Part shown: positions 37,693 through 50,617 of the stretch, piece after piece
Layout of the letters: each line of letters starts with the position of its first letter
How positions within the stretch are numbered: position 1 is the first letter of the stretch
Source: Chiloscyllium plagiosum
Taxonomy: Eukaryota
Assembly (NCBI RefSeq): GCF_004010195.1
Contig: NC_057751.1
Span: forward strand, 6,642,863 to 6,706,862
Reading direction: 5' to 3'
Length of the DNA stretch: 64,000 nt
Notes under the pieces: generated by a model
The model's input: the letters and a program-made list of their open reading frames with translations, nothing else
What the model was told of the DNA's origin: nothing
Databases searched by the model: none
Position numbers and translations under genes: made by a program

Positions 37693-38995
37693 TACTCTAT
37701 TGATGTCTGCTTTACCAGAGAAAGTTTTTGATAATCTTTCTGTCACCTCGAGTGTAATATAGATCACATGTTTTCTGCAATTAGGAGCCATCCCACTTCA
37801 ATGACCCGAACATGACTTTTACCAGCGATGTGCGACAATTGAGCTTGTTCTTGCTCCATTCACTAGATCCCAACCAATGTATAGCGAGGTGGAGGTTCTG
37901 AGGCACATATTTGATCTTCTTGCTTTTGAGTAAGAAAAATTCAGAATGACCCTGAGGCCCAATTACCTCAAAGTAGTGATGCGATAATGTGTGGCTAGTC
38001 CATCTGAGATTTATACTTGCAACTTTTATTTTCATTTGTGTTCAGAAACGTTGATTCTTTCTCCATTGTGAATATCCCTTACCCCTCTTGACATATTTGT
38101 AGTCATTGCCTGTTGTTTTTGTGTTTTTATTCCTTTCACTTTTATTCTGCCTTGCCTTGAAACACAATCTGTAATAAGTGCAAGTTGCTGGTGCAGAGCC
38201 ATTGAAACATGAAGCACAGGAGGTCATTTGACCAGTTGTTCCTGTCTCTTCAGAAACGGTAGTTACTGTTGGACTCTCAGTCATGCTGTTCATTGTAATC
38301 CTTGAAGTTCCTCATCCTCATGTACGAGCTCGAGTCGATGGGAAAAGAGCACAGGCATTTTATTGTGCGTTTCTGGACATTCCAGTTTAAGAACTTTGCT
38401 CAAGGCAGCAGGGAATTTAGGTCTGAAGTGACAACTCGGTCGAGTCAGCTCAATTGCATGAATGTCCATGATCAGAATAAACATCAGTGGAAAGGATAAT
38501 GTCCTTTCATAATCCATACATTGATTATATTCACTCAGTGACTGACAAGACTGTTGGTGACGAACCTGCAATTATAAGATCGTAAAATGAAGTGAACTAG
38601 GTTCACAAGTCAGCAGGAATAAATATAGCCAATCATTTTTCTTAAGGTCATCTTAAAATGAAGTCTTTGTAACTGAAGCCTCACCTTGTACCAAGGATTC
38701 GCATGGGCCATTTTTTATTTAAACAAGAGTGCTACCACGAGTGTTCATTTTCTTCCACAAATCTTCTGCTTTAAGTTGAAGTTGACGAAAATTAGGCTAC
38801 TACAAGACCTGTAAGGAGAATGATTCGCAGAATCAGATTACAGGTGATCTCACAACAGGGTTTCCTAATGATGGGTATTCATCCCAAAGTTGCTTTGTCA
38901 ATCGTCCAGCTTGGCAATCCCAATCAATCATAGCAAGGCTTTATTGGAACATTAGTGAAACAATCAAGTACAAAGTATTAAAGCAACAATATTAA

Positions 38996-39095
38996 GGGCC
39001 TGTCTTGCGGCACAGTGGTCGTGTCCCTCCCCCGGACGGAGAGATCCAGTTCAAGACCCACCTGCTCCAGACATCTCTGAACAAGTTGATTGGCA
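38996..39095 (+). mobile_element. Short tRNA-like SINE
   Basis: ggcacagtggtcgtgtccct...ccagttcaagacccacctgctccag...catctctgaacaagttgatt; homologous to the copies at 41473-41710. Confidence 0.6.
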
Positions 39096-39229
39096 AAAAA
39101 GGCAAAACAACAAAGTCCATCTGACCAGTTTTGAGCCTTGAGACAACAGCAGGTAGGTCTCTTTGAGATCTGCGATGTTTTTTCCTGGCTCCTGTTTAGT
39201 TCAGAACCCCCTCCAGGCTGTTTAGGCTC

Positions 39230-40833
39230 ATTCTGGATTAGTGGTGCTGGAAGAGCACAGCAGTTCAGGCAGCATCCAAGGAGCTTCGAAATCGACGTTT
39301 TGAGCAAAAGCCCTTCATCAGGAATAAAGGCAGTGAGCCTGAAGCATGGAGAGATAAGCTAGAGGAGAGTGGGGGTGGGGAGAAAGTAGCATAGAGTACA
39401 ATGGGTGAGGGGGGGAGGGGATGAAGGTGATAGGTCAGGGAGGAGAGGGTGGAGTGGATAGGTGGAAAAGGAGATAGGCAGGTAGGACAAGTCCGGACAA
39501 GTCATGGGGACAGTGCTGAGCTGGAAGTTTAGAACTAGGNNNNNNNNNNNNNNNNNNNNNNNNNNNNNNNNNNNNNNNNNNNNNNNNNNNNNNNNNNNNN
39601 NNNNNNNNNNNNNNNNNNNNNNNNNNNNNNNNNNNNNNNNNNNNNNNNNNNNNNNNNNNNNNNNNNNNNNNNNNNNNNNNNNNNNNNNNNNNNNNNNNNN
39701 NNNNNNNNNNNNNNNNNNNNNNNNNNNNNNNNNNNNNNNNNNNNNNNNNNNNNNNNNNNNNNNNNNNNNNNNNNNNNNNNNNNNNNNNNNNNNNNNNNNN
39801 NNNNNNNNNNNNNNNNNNNNNNNNNNNNNNNNNNNNNNNNNNNNNNNNNNNNNNNNNNNNNNNNNNNNNNNNNNNNNNNNNNNNNNNNNNNNNNNNNNNN
39901 NNNNNNNNNNNNNNNNNNNNNNNNNNNNNNNNNNNNNNNNNNNNNNNNNNNNNNNNNNNNNNNNNNNNNNNNNNNNNNNNNNNNNNNNNNNNNNNNNNNN
40001 NNNNNNNNNNNNNNNNNNNNNNNNNNNNNNNNNNNNNNNNNNNNNNNNNNNNNNNNNNNNNNNNNNNNNNNNNNNNNNNNNNNNNNNNNNNNNNNNNNNN
40101 NNNNNNNNNNNNNNNNNNNNNNNNNNNNNNNNNNNNNNNNNNNNNNNNNNNNNNNNNNNNNNNNNNNNNNNNNNNNNNNNNNNNNNNNNNNNNNNNNNNN
40201 NNNNNNNNNNNNNNNNNNNNNNNNNNNNNNNNNNNNNNNNNNNNNNNNNNNNNNNNNNNNNNNNNNNNNNNNNNNNNNNNNNNNNNNNAAAAAATGTCGG
40301 TGTCAAGTCGGTCGTCATTAATGGAGATGGAGATGGTCCAGGTAAATTTAAGGTCAGGGTGGAATGTTTTGGTGAAGTTGATGAATTGCTCAACCTCCTC
40401 GCGGGAGCACGAGGTGGCGCCAATGCAGTCATCAGTGTAGCGGAGGAAGAGGTGGGGAGTGGTGCCGGTGTAATTACGGAAGATCGACTGCTCTACGTAG
40501 CCAACAAAGAGACAGGCATAGCTGTGGCCCATTCATGCGCCCATGGCTACCCCTTTGGTCTGGAGGAAGTGGGAGGATTCAAAGGAGAAATAGTTAAGGG
40601 TGAGGACCAGTTCGGCCAAATGAATGAGAGTGTCGGTGGAAGGGTACTGTTGGGGATGTCTGGAGAGGAAAAAACGGAGGGCTTGGAGGTCCTGGTCATG
40701 GCGGATGGAGGTGTAGAGGGATTGGATATCCATGGTGAAGATGAGGCGTTGGGGGCTGGGGAAACGGAAGTCTTGGAGGAGGTGGAGGGCGTGGGTGGTG
40801 TCTCGAACGTATGTGGGGAGTTCCTGGACTAGG
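39230..40833 (-). mobile_element. Penelope-like element, 5'-truncated, RT pseudogene (gap inside)
   Basis: LPTYVRDTTHAL..FTMDIQSLYTSI..LTLNYFSF..QTKGVAMG/..YACLFVGYVE..FLRYTDD..FHPDLKFT; frameshift at ~40533; terminal repeat at 39230-39325. Confidence 0.93.
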
Positions 40834-40964
40834 ATGTTCACCTTTGTGACACCGAACTGTGAGCAGTGGCACTCTGTCTACCTTCAACCGGTCAATGTAA
40901 TTTATTTGTTTGCTTGGAGTCAATTGTGACTTCTACGCATTAATTGTCAAAAGCATACAGTTGA

Positions 40965-41445
40965 TAATACAAACAGAAAATTGTGGAAATATTCAGCAAG
41001 TGTGCAAGCATCTGTGCAGCGAGACACAACAGTGAACATTTATGCCTGTGGCCTATTCTTTCAGCATAATGGGGAAAAGTTGGAAATGTACAGGTGAAAG
41101 GGAAGAGATTTGTGAAGAACAACTAAAGGAGACAAGTTTTCTTCAAGGGTCAAGGGCAAGAGAGATTCAGTAATGAAATGTTTTTCATGCTACATGACCA
41201 AATGGAATATAACAGGACAAGCAAAGATGTGACTGGAGGAAATGCAAATGATGGGCTAGCTGCTGTCTGACTGAAAAGTGAAGGAAATAAGGAGGGAATT
41301 GCAAGGGGAGAAGGAGCCAAACTTGCAAAGGAAGACAAACTGAAATTGGAGAGACGTGTAATCTAACACTGTTCAACTCAGTGTTGAGCCTGTTAGGCTG
41401 TGATGAGTCCAGGTGAAAGATGAGACACTTTCCCTGAATCTGTGC
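40965..41445 (-). mobile_element. Old Penelope-like 3' remnant
   Basis: aaacagaaaattgtggaaatattcagcaag...gcatctgtg terminus and gttcaactcagtgttgagcc endonuclease-end pattern. Confidence 0.45.
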
Positions 41446-41472
41446 GAAAAAGTTTTTTTTAAATTCAACCAA

Positions 41473-41710
41473 TTTTTCTAATCAACCCATTCAGAGATGT
41501 TTTGCTCTGGTGCAGGTAGGATTTGAATCCAGGCCACCTTGTCTAGGGTAGGGCCACTACCACTGTGCCACAGAGCTTCTGGAAAAGTTGATATTTTCTA
41601 ATAAACCTGTTCAGAGATGTTATTACGCACCTTTGGAGCAGGTGGGACTTAAACACAGGCCTCCTGGCGCAGAGGTAGAGACATTCCCACTGCACCACAA
41701 GAGGGCCCCC
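41473..41710 (-). mobile_element. Two tandem copies of a short tRNA-like SINE
   Basis: ttttctaat..acc.ttcagagatgtt...gcaggt.ggactt...ccactg..ccaca occurs twice. Confidence 0.65.
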
Positions 41711-43069
41711 TCAAGGAAAATTGATAACTTGTGCAGTTAATTAAGTTGAGGTGCTCTGACAATTAACAGGGGTGTCATTCTGCCTGACTCCATCCTGTGT
41801 CCAACTATGGAACAGTTAACAAGTTTGTTTAATAATTCATTCATTATTATTAATAGAAATGGTTACTTCATCAACTTCCATACTGCTCTCACACAATTAA
41901 CTTCTAATGTATCACTATTATCAGTCAGTGAATAGAAGTGCCGTTTGAAGTCTCCCTGCTTTGTTTTATAACAGTTCTCAAATAACAAACTTGAGTACTA
42001 TAATTTGAACAATTAATGAATCCGTTAAAAAGCTGGTAGTCTGTATATTACCTTGCATTACACCGGAGTGTTTTCTGACATGCTAACTTTGTTTTTTAAG
42101 CTTGCTTCTTTCTCCTGAAGCACACACTGGCATTCTCAAATTTAGATTACAATGCACTGAAGGTGAAAGCTTTCCTCTTGGCAGTCTGAATTTCAATCAT
42201 TGTGGCTTTTCTGGGTCAAAAATATCAACAAAATACACAGTATACAAACAATGTCTTTTAAAAACCTGGCATGTTTCTTTTTCACATCATCATTGATTGG
42301 ACTCAGTGAATTCAGTTGTTAAATGAACAATGCTATCACAGGAGCTGAGAACGTAACCTTATAACCTTGCTTCAGTTTCCCACTGACATGAAGATAACTG
42401 CAGTGGAAAGAGAGTTTTAGCGAACCGTAAATTTGTGCCACACAATGCTGGATGCACACCTCAGAAGAATGCTTCCAGACAAGTCAGCTGCCTCAATTCA
42501 CTTTGGGAAGTGAGGCTTGGGCAACTGTCAAGTTTACATTCCACAATTCTTTCAAGCTGCTGTCCGGAGAGGAATAAGGACCAATTCTGGAAAGTGGTCT
42601 TGTGGCCAGGTCTTATCCGACTGGAGATCAAGTTGTGGGAAATTTGAAACTTGGTTGCCTTAGTGTTGTTCTCCTCCGATCAATAAATGCATAGAAGGGG
42701 CAGCAAATGACAATATTTATAACCATATTGCAGCAAGAACCTGTTGTAGGCTGTCTTCTGATAAATCATCTCTGTGTACTACTGAAAGGTTTTTGGAATT
42801 CATATCAGTGAGGCTGCAAAAAAATCCTATTATCGAGCTGCCATTCCGTTACTGCTGGAGACTGCACTCGTTTTTTCAGGACAAACCTTCACTGGTGTTA
42901 TGACACCAGTTTTGCATTCTCTTGACTCCAATATATCATGGCAAAAATGAACAATATTCCAAGGTGGTTGCATCTCTTGATGTATAGGCATGTCCAATTT
43001 CTCAGGTTCATTATAAGTAATGGAAAACTGCATTTTGACTTAGAATTTTAATGGATCCAACATGATTCA

Positions 43070-43530
43070 CATGATGATACAGTATAAAGGAGGCCGTTTG
43101 GCCCATTGAGCCCATGCTCACTCTTTGAAAGAGCAATTCACAGTGTCTCCTTCCACAACCCTTCAAATTCTTACCCTCAAACAATTTCTCCAATGTTCTT
43201 TTTAAAATTACTCGATATGCTTTGGAGTACACTCCAGGGTGTAAAACCTCATTGCATAAAATTATATTTATATCCTCATATCACTTGGGTTTCTTTCGTG
43301 TATTATCTGATGTGTGTGTGCTCTTGCCCTCTTGCCAATGAGAGCAGTTTCTACTTATTTGCTTCATCAAAATTATTCATGATTATGAACACCTCTTTCA
43401 AATACACCATTAACCTTGTCTGCTCCAAGGAGAGCGACTGCAGCTTCTCTCGTCTCTTATCAAAACTGAAGATGCATATCCCTGGTAACGTTCTGGCAAG
43501 TCATCTTTGCACTCTGTCTAAGACCTTGAA
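43070..43530 (-). mobile_element. Old CR1 3' fragment
   Basis: aggaggccgtttggcccattgagccc...ctctttgaaagagc tail; RT end at 43380-43530. Confidence 0.7.
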
Positions 43531-43796
43531 ATTTCAGTTGTTAAATACTGAACATCTGAGATTCTTATGATTTGGCACTAACATGATCATGGTCTTCATT
43601 TCCAGAAGAGATTAACTCAAATGGCAAGCTCGAAATGAGCAGTCATTTTGGAATGTAAGCGTGCCCCATCAGTTGCTCTTGAACCTGTCAAACTTATTTT
43701 CAGAAAAGCATAGCCTACAAGGGTATGCAATTGTGGCAGTCAGGTTGTCATTGAAAATGTGAATGACTTTTTATCCAAAGGGAAGAAATTTAAATT

Positions 43797-44170
43797 ATAG
43801 AGTCATTTGCACAAACAACATGGAAACAGACCCTTTGGTCTAACTTGTGCACACCAACTATGTTCCCAAACTAAAATAGTCCCACGTGCCTGTGTTTGGT
43901 CCATATTCCTCCAAAACTTTACCGTTTCATGTGCTTATCCAAATATGTTTTAAATGTTTTAAGTGTATCTGCATCCACTACTTCCTCTGGCAGCTCATTA
44001 CACATGCTAATCACTCTTTGTGTAAGAAAGTTGCCTCTCATGTTCTTTTTAAATCTTTCTCCTCTCACCTTAAAAATATGGCCCCTGGTTTTGAACTCCC
44101 CCACCTTAGGGTAAAAGACCTTTGCTATTCACCTTATCTATGCCTCTTGTGATTTTATAAACTTCCATAA
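43797..44170 (-). mobile_element. CR1 3' fragment
   Basis: MGEFKTRGHIFKVRGERFKKNMRGNFLTQRVISMCNELPEEVVDA (CR1 ORF2 C-terminus). Confidence 0.9.
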
Positions 44171-44589
44171 TGTGTTATTGACTCCTGAGAAGTCACAGTG
44201 GTATTACTGAATATGCCATGCAGGCAACTGAAACGTCACCAGCCAGTCTTGGCCAAGATCATGATTAGTGGTAACGCCGAGACTGTGGCTGCTGAAGGAA
44301 ACACACCCACACACAGCCCAGATCCTTTTTGGATGACTGGACTTGGACGAGTGTTGATGGAAAGGGTTTAATAGAAGCAGAACAATAGGGTGATATAGCT
44401 TAGCAGCAAGTGGAGGGAGGGGGGTCTCAACCCCCTTTGATGCCCACAAAAGTAGGAAGGCTAGGAACAGGAGGGAAGGTGTTGGGATCTTGATCCATCA
44501 CAATGCACCTGATTAGATGACCTCTCCATGGAGGGAGAGCATGGAACACTACCCGGTGTTATAATATAGGTTGGCAGAAACCTCATGAA

Positions 44590-44855
44590 GTGATGAGCAG
44601 GTAATTTGTTTTAGTGGCTCGTTGAGCGCTAAGTCTTGGCCAGGATTGGTTTCTCAGGTCTTCTTCAAAATAGTGTGATAGGATCTTTTGTGTTCACCTC
44701 AGAAGACAATGGGGCGTCACTTGAAGTCACATCTGAAATACAACACTCCCTCATACAGCATTGGAGTGTAAGCACAGATATTTCGTGCACAAATCCTGTC
44801 TTTAAGCCCACGACCTTCAGAGACTCAAGTGTTACCAGCTGAGCCGCAGCTGAAG
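44590..44855 (-). mobile_element. DeuSINE (SacSINE1-like)
   Basis: ggatcttttgtgttcacct...cactccctcatacagcattggagtgt...cccacgaccttc..gactca..ccagctgagccgcagctga. Confidence 0.7.
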
Positions 44856-45503
44856 ACAAATAGTGGATTTTGCCTGGCCTTTGCAGCACTCCATATTCTT
44901 TTATTCTTTCTGCAAAAAACACACATAATGGAATTTTAAACCTGCCAGAGTTGGATAGCTCTATCTGGAGCTGTGGGAGTCTGAGAATTGGTATCATTGC
45001 CTGAGATGCAGGTTTTCCAGATGGCAACATCGACTTCCTGTGTTCACTGGCACCAAATCATCATCTGTGCTGGTTTAAAGTTGCAGCACAGCTGTTGAAT
45101 GTACAAACTCTCTGGATTATACACTGGGCGGATTCAATCCGTTGACAATATCACTGCACTGCAAAAAAGAGTGACAAAGAGATGACTGGGGAATCCACAC
45201 TTGCTACAACCATGGTCTGCTACGACAAAAATATCAAATATAATGGAAGAGAGACTTTTCTTCATAAAATGCAGAGCATGTTGAATAACAAAACATATTT
45301 GTCATTGTCTTTTTTTCCAATCCTTCCATTGTGCTTGAACTTAGTTTCCCATCTACTGCTGAAGCATTCTGGTCTTCCCTCTGGTTCATTCAAAGTTGTG
45401 TCTTCCAGCCTCAGGCTGCAACCACAATCATGTCTTGGCTCACAATTAGCAATTTTGACAGTCCTTGAACCTGAGAGTGACAAACAAGGGGATCGAAGGC
45501 AAA

Positions 45504-46040
45504 TGTTATGGACCAGGCCAGACCCCCTCAAAATATGTCAAGAAGGTAGCCGAATTCCTAACGCTTTCTTATTTTAAATGCAAATATGAAGTGGATATTC
45601 CATGTTTGATGCAGCTGGTCAAATCAATCGGCTTTAAGCAAAACAGAATTTATTTAAACACTACAATTGAAACACAAACTAAAGAAAACAGCATTTAGAA
45701 CAACTTAACTATTTGAAAATCCATTCGACTCTATATAGCAATTTAACTAAGGAGCTGTTCCAAGTTGCGTAACATCCCATAAATACACCCCTTGGTAACA
45801 GATTCTTACGAACAGGAGAGACTTCACGCAGCAAAAACAGTCAAGAATCAACTGCTGCTGGAACCTTTTTCTGGTCAGCCACAGTTTCTCACTGTTACAA
45901 CTAAAAGAAACTGGAAAAATCCTGAACTGGGAGAACTGGCCAGTTGTTAAAGTAGACATTTCAGCACCTCTGCTTTTACGACCTCACTTAAAAAAAACTC
46001 AAGGACAAAATAACCTTTTTAAAGTGACAGCATCATCACA
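45504..46040 (-). mobile_element. Solo LTR, family B (537 bp)
   Basis: TGTTATGG...CATCACA ends, flanks caaa/caag; homologous to 10286-11253. Confidence 0.75.
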
Positions 46041-46239
46041 CAAGTGATAGAGAAAGAGACAACTTGTCAACAAGCAAACAACTAAGGGACGAAGAGATAA
46101 AGGACAAGCAGGAGCAACATTACTTGTTGTAGTCAGATGAAGAAATCACACCGATTTACCAGTTGCAGAACTCTTTTGGGGAAAGGATGCCATTTGACCC
46201 AATGAATCTATGCAACATATTTCAAAGTGCAGTCCTTAA

Positions 46240-46735
46240 GGCCATATGACGTGGGAGCAGAAATCAGCCATTCAGCCTGCTGAGTCTGCTCATCCATACA
46301 ATGAGGTCATGGCTGATCTGATCATCCTTCACATTTCTGTCTTATGTCCATAACGTTTGTCTCTTTTAATGATTAGAAATCTGTCTATCTCAGCCTTGAA
46401 TATACAAAACAATGCAGCTTCAGCAGCCCTGTGACTTGAAGAATTCCACACGTTGATCATTCCCCATGAGAAACGAAGTGTTTCCTCATCTCTGTCGTGC
46501 AACTCCTTACTGTGGGATTAAAGGAACCAACTTCTCCATATCAACTCTTCCATGCCCTCCAAGAATCCTAAACGTTTCAATAAGGTCTCATCTCATTTTT
46601 AAACTCCAACTAGCTCAACCTACCAAGTCTCTCCTCATAAGAAAATCCCTCCATATTTGCCATCAGCCAAGTGAAACTTCTTTGGACTGCCTCCAATGCC
46701 AGGAAATCTTTCATTAGACAGGGGGCCAAAACTCA
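46240..46735 (-). mobile_element. CR1 3' fragment
   Basis: ccatatgacgtgggagcagaaatcagccattcagcc...catggctgatctg tail. Confidence 0.75.
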
Positions 46736-46769
46736 ACCCGAACAGTGGCCAAGATCTGTGCATGCTGGG

Positions 46770-47170
46770 AATCTTAAATAAACACAGAGAATGCTGGAGA
46801 AATATGGCAAGTCTGGCGCCATCTGTGGAGAGAGAAAAACAGAGTTAATGTTTGAAGTCTGGTGTAGCTCTTCTTCAAGAACTCAAAGGTATTGGATATA
46901 TCTTTTCTTACATTTTTGACAGAGGCAGAGGCTCAAAACAAAAGCCTAAAAGCTGTTGTTAATGGTGGATAATGAAAAAAATTGTAAAATGGATGTAAAT
47001 TGATGCCTGAAAGGAAGGGAATGGGTTTGCAACATAATAGCCAGAGCACTCAAGACAGAAACAAGACGAAAGTAAAATGATTTTCTGAAAATTTGAAACA
47101 TTAACTTGGTTTCTTTCTCCACAGATGGTGCCACATCTGTTTAGTTTCTCCAATATTTTCTGTTTATTCA
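46770..47170. mobile_element. Inverted pair of PLE-type terminal repeats
   Basis: catctgtggagagagaaaacagagttaatgtttg (~46820-46854) versus tgaaacattaacttggtttctttctccacagatg (~47094-47127). Confidence 0.6.
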
Positions 47171-47329
47171 AAACAAGCCATGCTTCTAATCCATTTCAGA
47201 TTGTGCCCAATAATTATGACTTTGAACTGAATGAAATGAATTGAAAGAAGCCATCTTTTCACATTACTTATGGTTTCAAGTATAGGCTAAATTCAACAGA
47301 GAGGATTCGAACATGGTGCACTCAGGACA

Positions 47330-47535
47330 AGGCAGTGGAGTAATGGGTATATCAATCGACAACTAAACCGGAGCTCAAGCTAATGTCCTGGAGGCATGTG
47401 TTTGAATCCCACCATGGCAGCTGGCTGAACTTAAATTCAGTAGAAAATGGTCTATAAATGGAACCTAATGGCAACCAAATGTGAAAACCAATGTGATTTA
47501 CTCATGTCCTTCAGGGATGAGTATCTGCCTGACCC
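47330..47535 (+). mobile_element. SINE 5' half
   Basis: ggcagtggagtaatggg...tttgaatcccaccatggcag...ctcatgtccttcaggga. Confidence 0.55.
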
Positions 47536-47990
47536 TCGAGTCTGGGATTTGGGACGTCATGTTGCGGTTGTACAGGACGTTGATGAGACTACTTCCGGAG
47601 TACTGTGTACAGTTTCTGGTTGCCCTGTTATAAGGAAGACATTATTAAATTGGAGACGGTGCAGAGAAGATGAATGCGGATGTTACCAGGGCTAGAAAGT
47701 TTGAATTATAAGGATAGGCTGTATAAGCTAGGACTTCACTTCCTGGAGCAAAGGATGTTTCGGGGCTGACCTTATATTGGTTTATGAAATCATGAGAAAC
47801 ATTGATAAGGTAAATAGCAAAGGTCTTTTTCTCGAGGGTGGAGGAGTTCAAAACTTGAGGTCATATTTTAAGGTGAGAGGAGAAAGGTTTAAAAAGGACC
47901 TGAGGACCAATCTTTTCACACAGAGGGTGGTTTGTATGTGGAATGAACTGCCAGAGGAAATGGGTAGATGCGGGCACAGCTATAACATTT
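47536..47990 (+). mobile_element. CR1 3' fragment
   Basis: KVRGERFKKDLRTNLFTQRVVCMWNELPEE. Confidence 0.9.
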
Positions 47991-48680
47991 ATAGAGTCAT
48001 AGAGAAACAGACCCTTCGGTCCAACCTGTCCATGCCAACCAGATATCCCAACCCAATCTAGTCCCACCTGCCAGCACCCGGACCATATCCCTCCAAACCC
48101 TTCCTACTCATATACCCATCCAAATACCTCTGAAATATTTTAATTGTACCAGCCTCCACCACTTCCTCTGACAGCTCATTCCATACATGCACCAACCTCT
48201 GCGTGAAAAAGTTGTCCCTTAGGTCTCTTTTATATCTTTCCCCTCTCACCCTATACCTATGCCCTCTAGTTCTGGACTCCCCGACCCCAAGGAAAAGACT
48301 GTCTATTTATCCTATCCATGCCCCTCATAATTTTGTAAACCTCTATAAGGTCACCCCTCAGCCTTCAACACTCCAGGGAAAACAGCCCCAGTCTCTCCCA
48401 ATAGCTCAAATCCTCCAACCCTGGCAACATCCTTGTAAATCTTTTCTGAACCCCTTCAAGTTTCACAACATCTTTCCGATTGGAAGGAGACCAGAATTGC
48501 ACGCAATATTCCAAAAATGACCTAATCAATGTCCTGTGCAGCCGCAACATGACCTCCCAACTCCTGTACTCAATACTCTGACCAATAAAGGAAAGCATAC
48601 CAAACGCATTCTTCACTATCCTATCTACCTGCAACTCCACTTTCAAGGAGCTATGAACCTGCACTCCAAGGTCTCTTTGA
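47991..48680 (-). mobile_element. CR1 3' fragment, tail-to-tail with the previous copy
   Basis: QRDLGVQVHSSLKV..AFGMLSFIGQSIEYRSWEVMLRLHRTLIRSFLEYCVQFWSP..LEGVQKRFTRMLPGL. Confidence 0.93.
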
Positions 48681-48689
48681 TCAATGGCT

Positions 48690-48770
48690 CGTGCCTGAAA
48701 CATCGATTCTCCTGCTCCTTGGATGCTGCCTGACCTGCTGTGCTTTTCCAGCACCACACTTTCTGATTCT
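48690..48770 (+). mobile_element. Penelope-like terminal fragment
   Basis: gcctgaaacatcgattctcctgctccttggatgctgcctgacctgctgtgcttttccagc. Confidence 0.75.
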
Positions 48771-48924
48771 GTCGTCTTGTGCAGAGAAGTGGGCAAGACT
48801 GACCTCTTTTTTTTGCCTCCGAGAGGCAACAGCATTACCTCAAGTTAGTTAAATTTTCTGAAGAATGAGTCGCTGTCAATCATACTAATTGTAAAATAGA
48901 AGGACCATGAATTGTGAAAAGAAC

Positions 48925-49357
48925 TACTTGGATTTATGTACACCGTAGTGCCATTTTGACTTCCCAATATCCCACAATGGTTGACAGTCACTGAAGTACT
49001 TTTGAAATGTAGCTGCTCTTAGAATGTAGGAAAGTTGGCAACCAGTATGTGAACAAGATCCCACAAGCAGCAGGGAAACAATGACCATATAATTTGTGAG
49101 TGATCTTAGTTGAGTCAATAAACATTCGTCAGGACTCAGCTTGTATTGTAAGTAGCATTTTTCTTTTGTCTGCCTCAGATTCCAAAGAGGTCTTTTAGTT
49201 TGAAAGTTTGAGAAAGGAAAGGAGCCGTGCCCAATACTTTAGCATTTTGTGTGTGTGTATGTCAGCCTGGATGGTTGATCAAGTCTCAGGAGTGTGACTT
49301 CAGCCCTCACCCCATGGGATTTAGTGGTGACAGCACTCCCACTGAGCAACAGCTGAT
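48925..49357 (-). mobile_element. DeuSINE (SacSINE1-like), near full length, diverged
   Basis: gaagtacttttgaaatgtag...aagatcccacaagcagca...tgtcagcctgga...caagtctcaggagtgtgactt...cccactgagcaacagctga. Confidence 0.7.
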
Positions 49358-50617
49358 TCATGTCATGTGGCATATTACAGCATCACAAGGTTTTGAAATA
49401 ATCTTGAGTCACTTGCATAAGTCAACAACACTTCTCCTTTCAGACTAGAAGTTGAAAGTTCACATTTTACTCAAATGCTTCAGTTGGATTGTCTTGTTGA
49501 GACTTCAGGACAGGAGGGTGCTGTCATCATATGAAATGCTAAACCCATCTATGGTAAACCTTCAGAAGGACAAAAGGAGAGCTGATATTCCCAGAGGATG
49601 ATAGGAAAACTAGATGAGTCAAAATCTGACTGAAATCTTGCAAGACCATCACTTTAAGATTGCGTTATGGTTACCATGGTGATCGATCACTGACTGTCAA
49701 TACACTTTTAACAGAAGATCGCTGAAGTCACTTGCACAAAAGAAAAACAGTTCTAAGACAGTTCTGAAAGGTCTAATTAACAGCAATATCCTTCATAGAT
49801 GCTCAACCTCAGTGAAGCATCAGTTTGGTGTTTACTTTAAAAGTTGTTTTGAAGTAACAATGTCACAAATGTTTTCTTTTGGCAGCTTTCTGTGCAATAA
49901 ACTAGCACATCTCTCTCAGATATCCACTATTCAAAGGGTTATCACAGAAGTGAAGGATTTTAACAATTTTCTGAATTCACCCCTCATTTCAACCCAGATT
50001 GAAAGCATGACCCAGGGTTCTGTTGTTAACAGAATTATTATTTTTTCAAGTAAGTTTAAGGGAAACACAACTATGAACTGTCGGCATATAGCTCTACCAG
50101 TACAATCTGAAATGCTCTTATAAGCTGCCCCTTACACACACGCATTCAAAATGCAGAGGGTAAGACTGGGAAGACAGCTCAGTGGTTCCTGTTCACGGGG
50201 TTACTGAGCTGATTCTCTCTTTCGAGGTTGGGGTTGGTCAAAGCACCTGCTCCTCGGTCTTGCCTCTTCAGAGGCTCTCACTAGTTTGCTGGAGGCACAG
50301 GGTTCACACAAACAAAAAAAGTGCTTCCGACTGTTGCAATAAAAGTAACGGCATGCAGCAACTGCTGGAGGAAACAAGTTGTGTTTAGATTTAATGCACG
50401 CTTCAAGTTTGCTGCAAAGAACAGAAAGAGCTCCTGAGCTGGTGAAAATTGGCCATGCAGCTGCTCTGAGGTTCCTCCAAACTTCCACGCATTCAAATTG
50501 ACATACGGATGTGTTAACGTCCAGTTTCAGAAATTAATGTCCCGCTTGGACCTTGCAAGTCCACGCAGTGGAAAAAAAAATGAGCTTGTGTTTTGCTTCT
50601 CCCTGTCCTATTCATAG

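Noticed and set aside
42121..42162. Candidate 42-nt phase 1-1 exon 2 (AHTGILKFRLQCTE)
   Set aside because: Acceptor plausible but donor gtgaaa is weak and the peptide unrecognised; would need RNA-seq.
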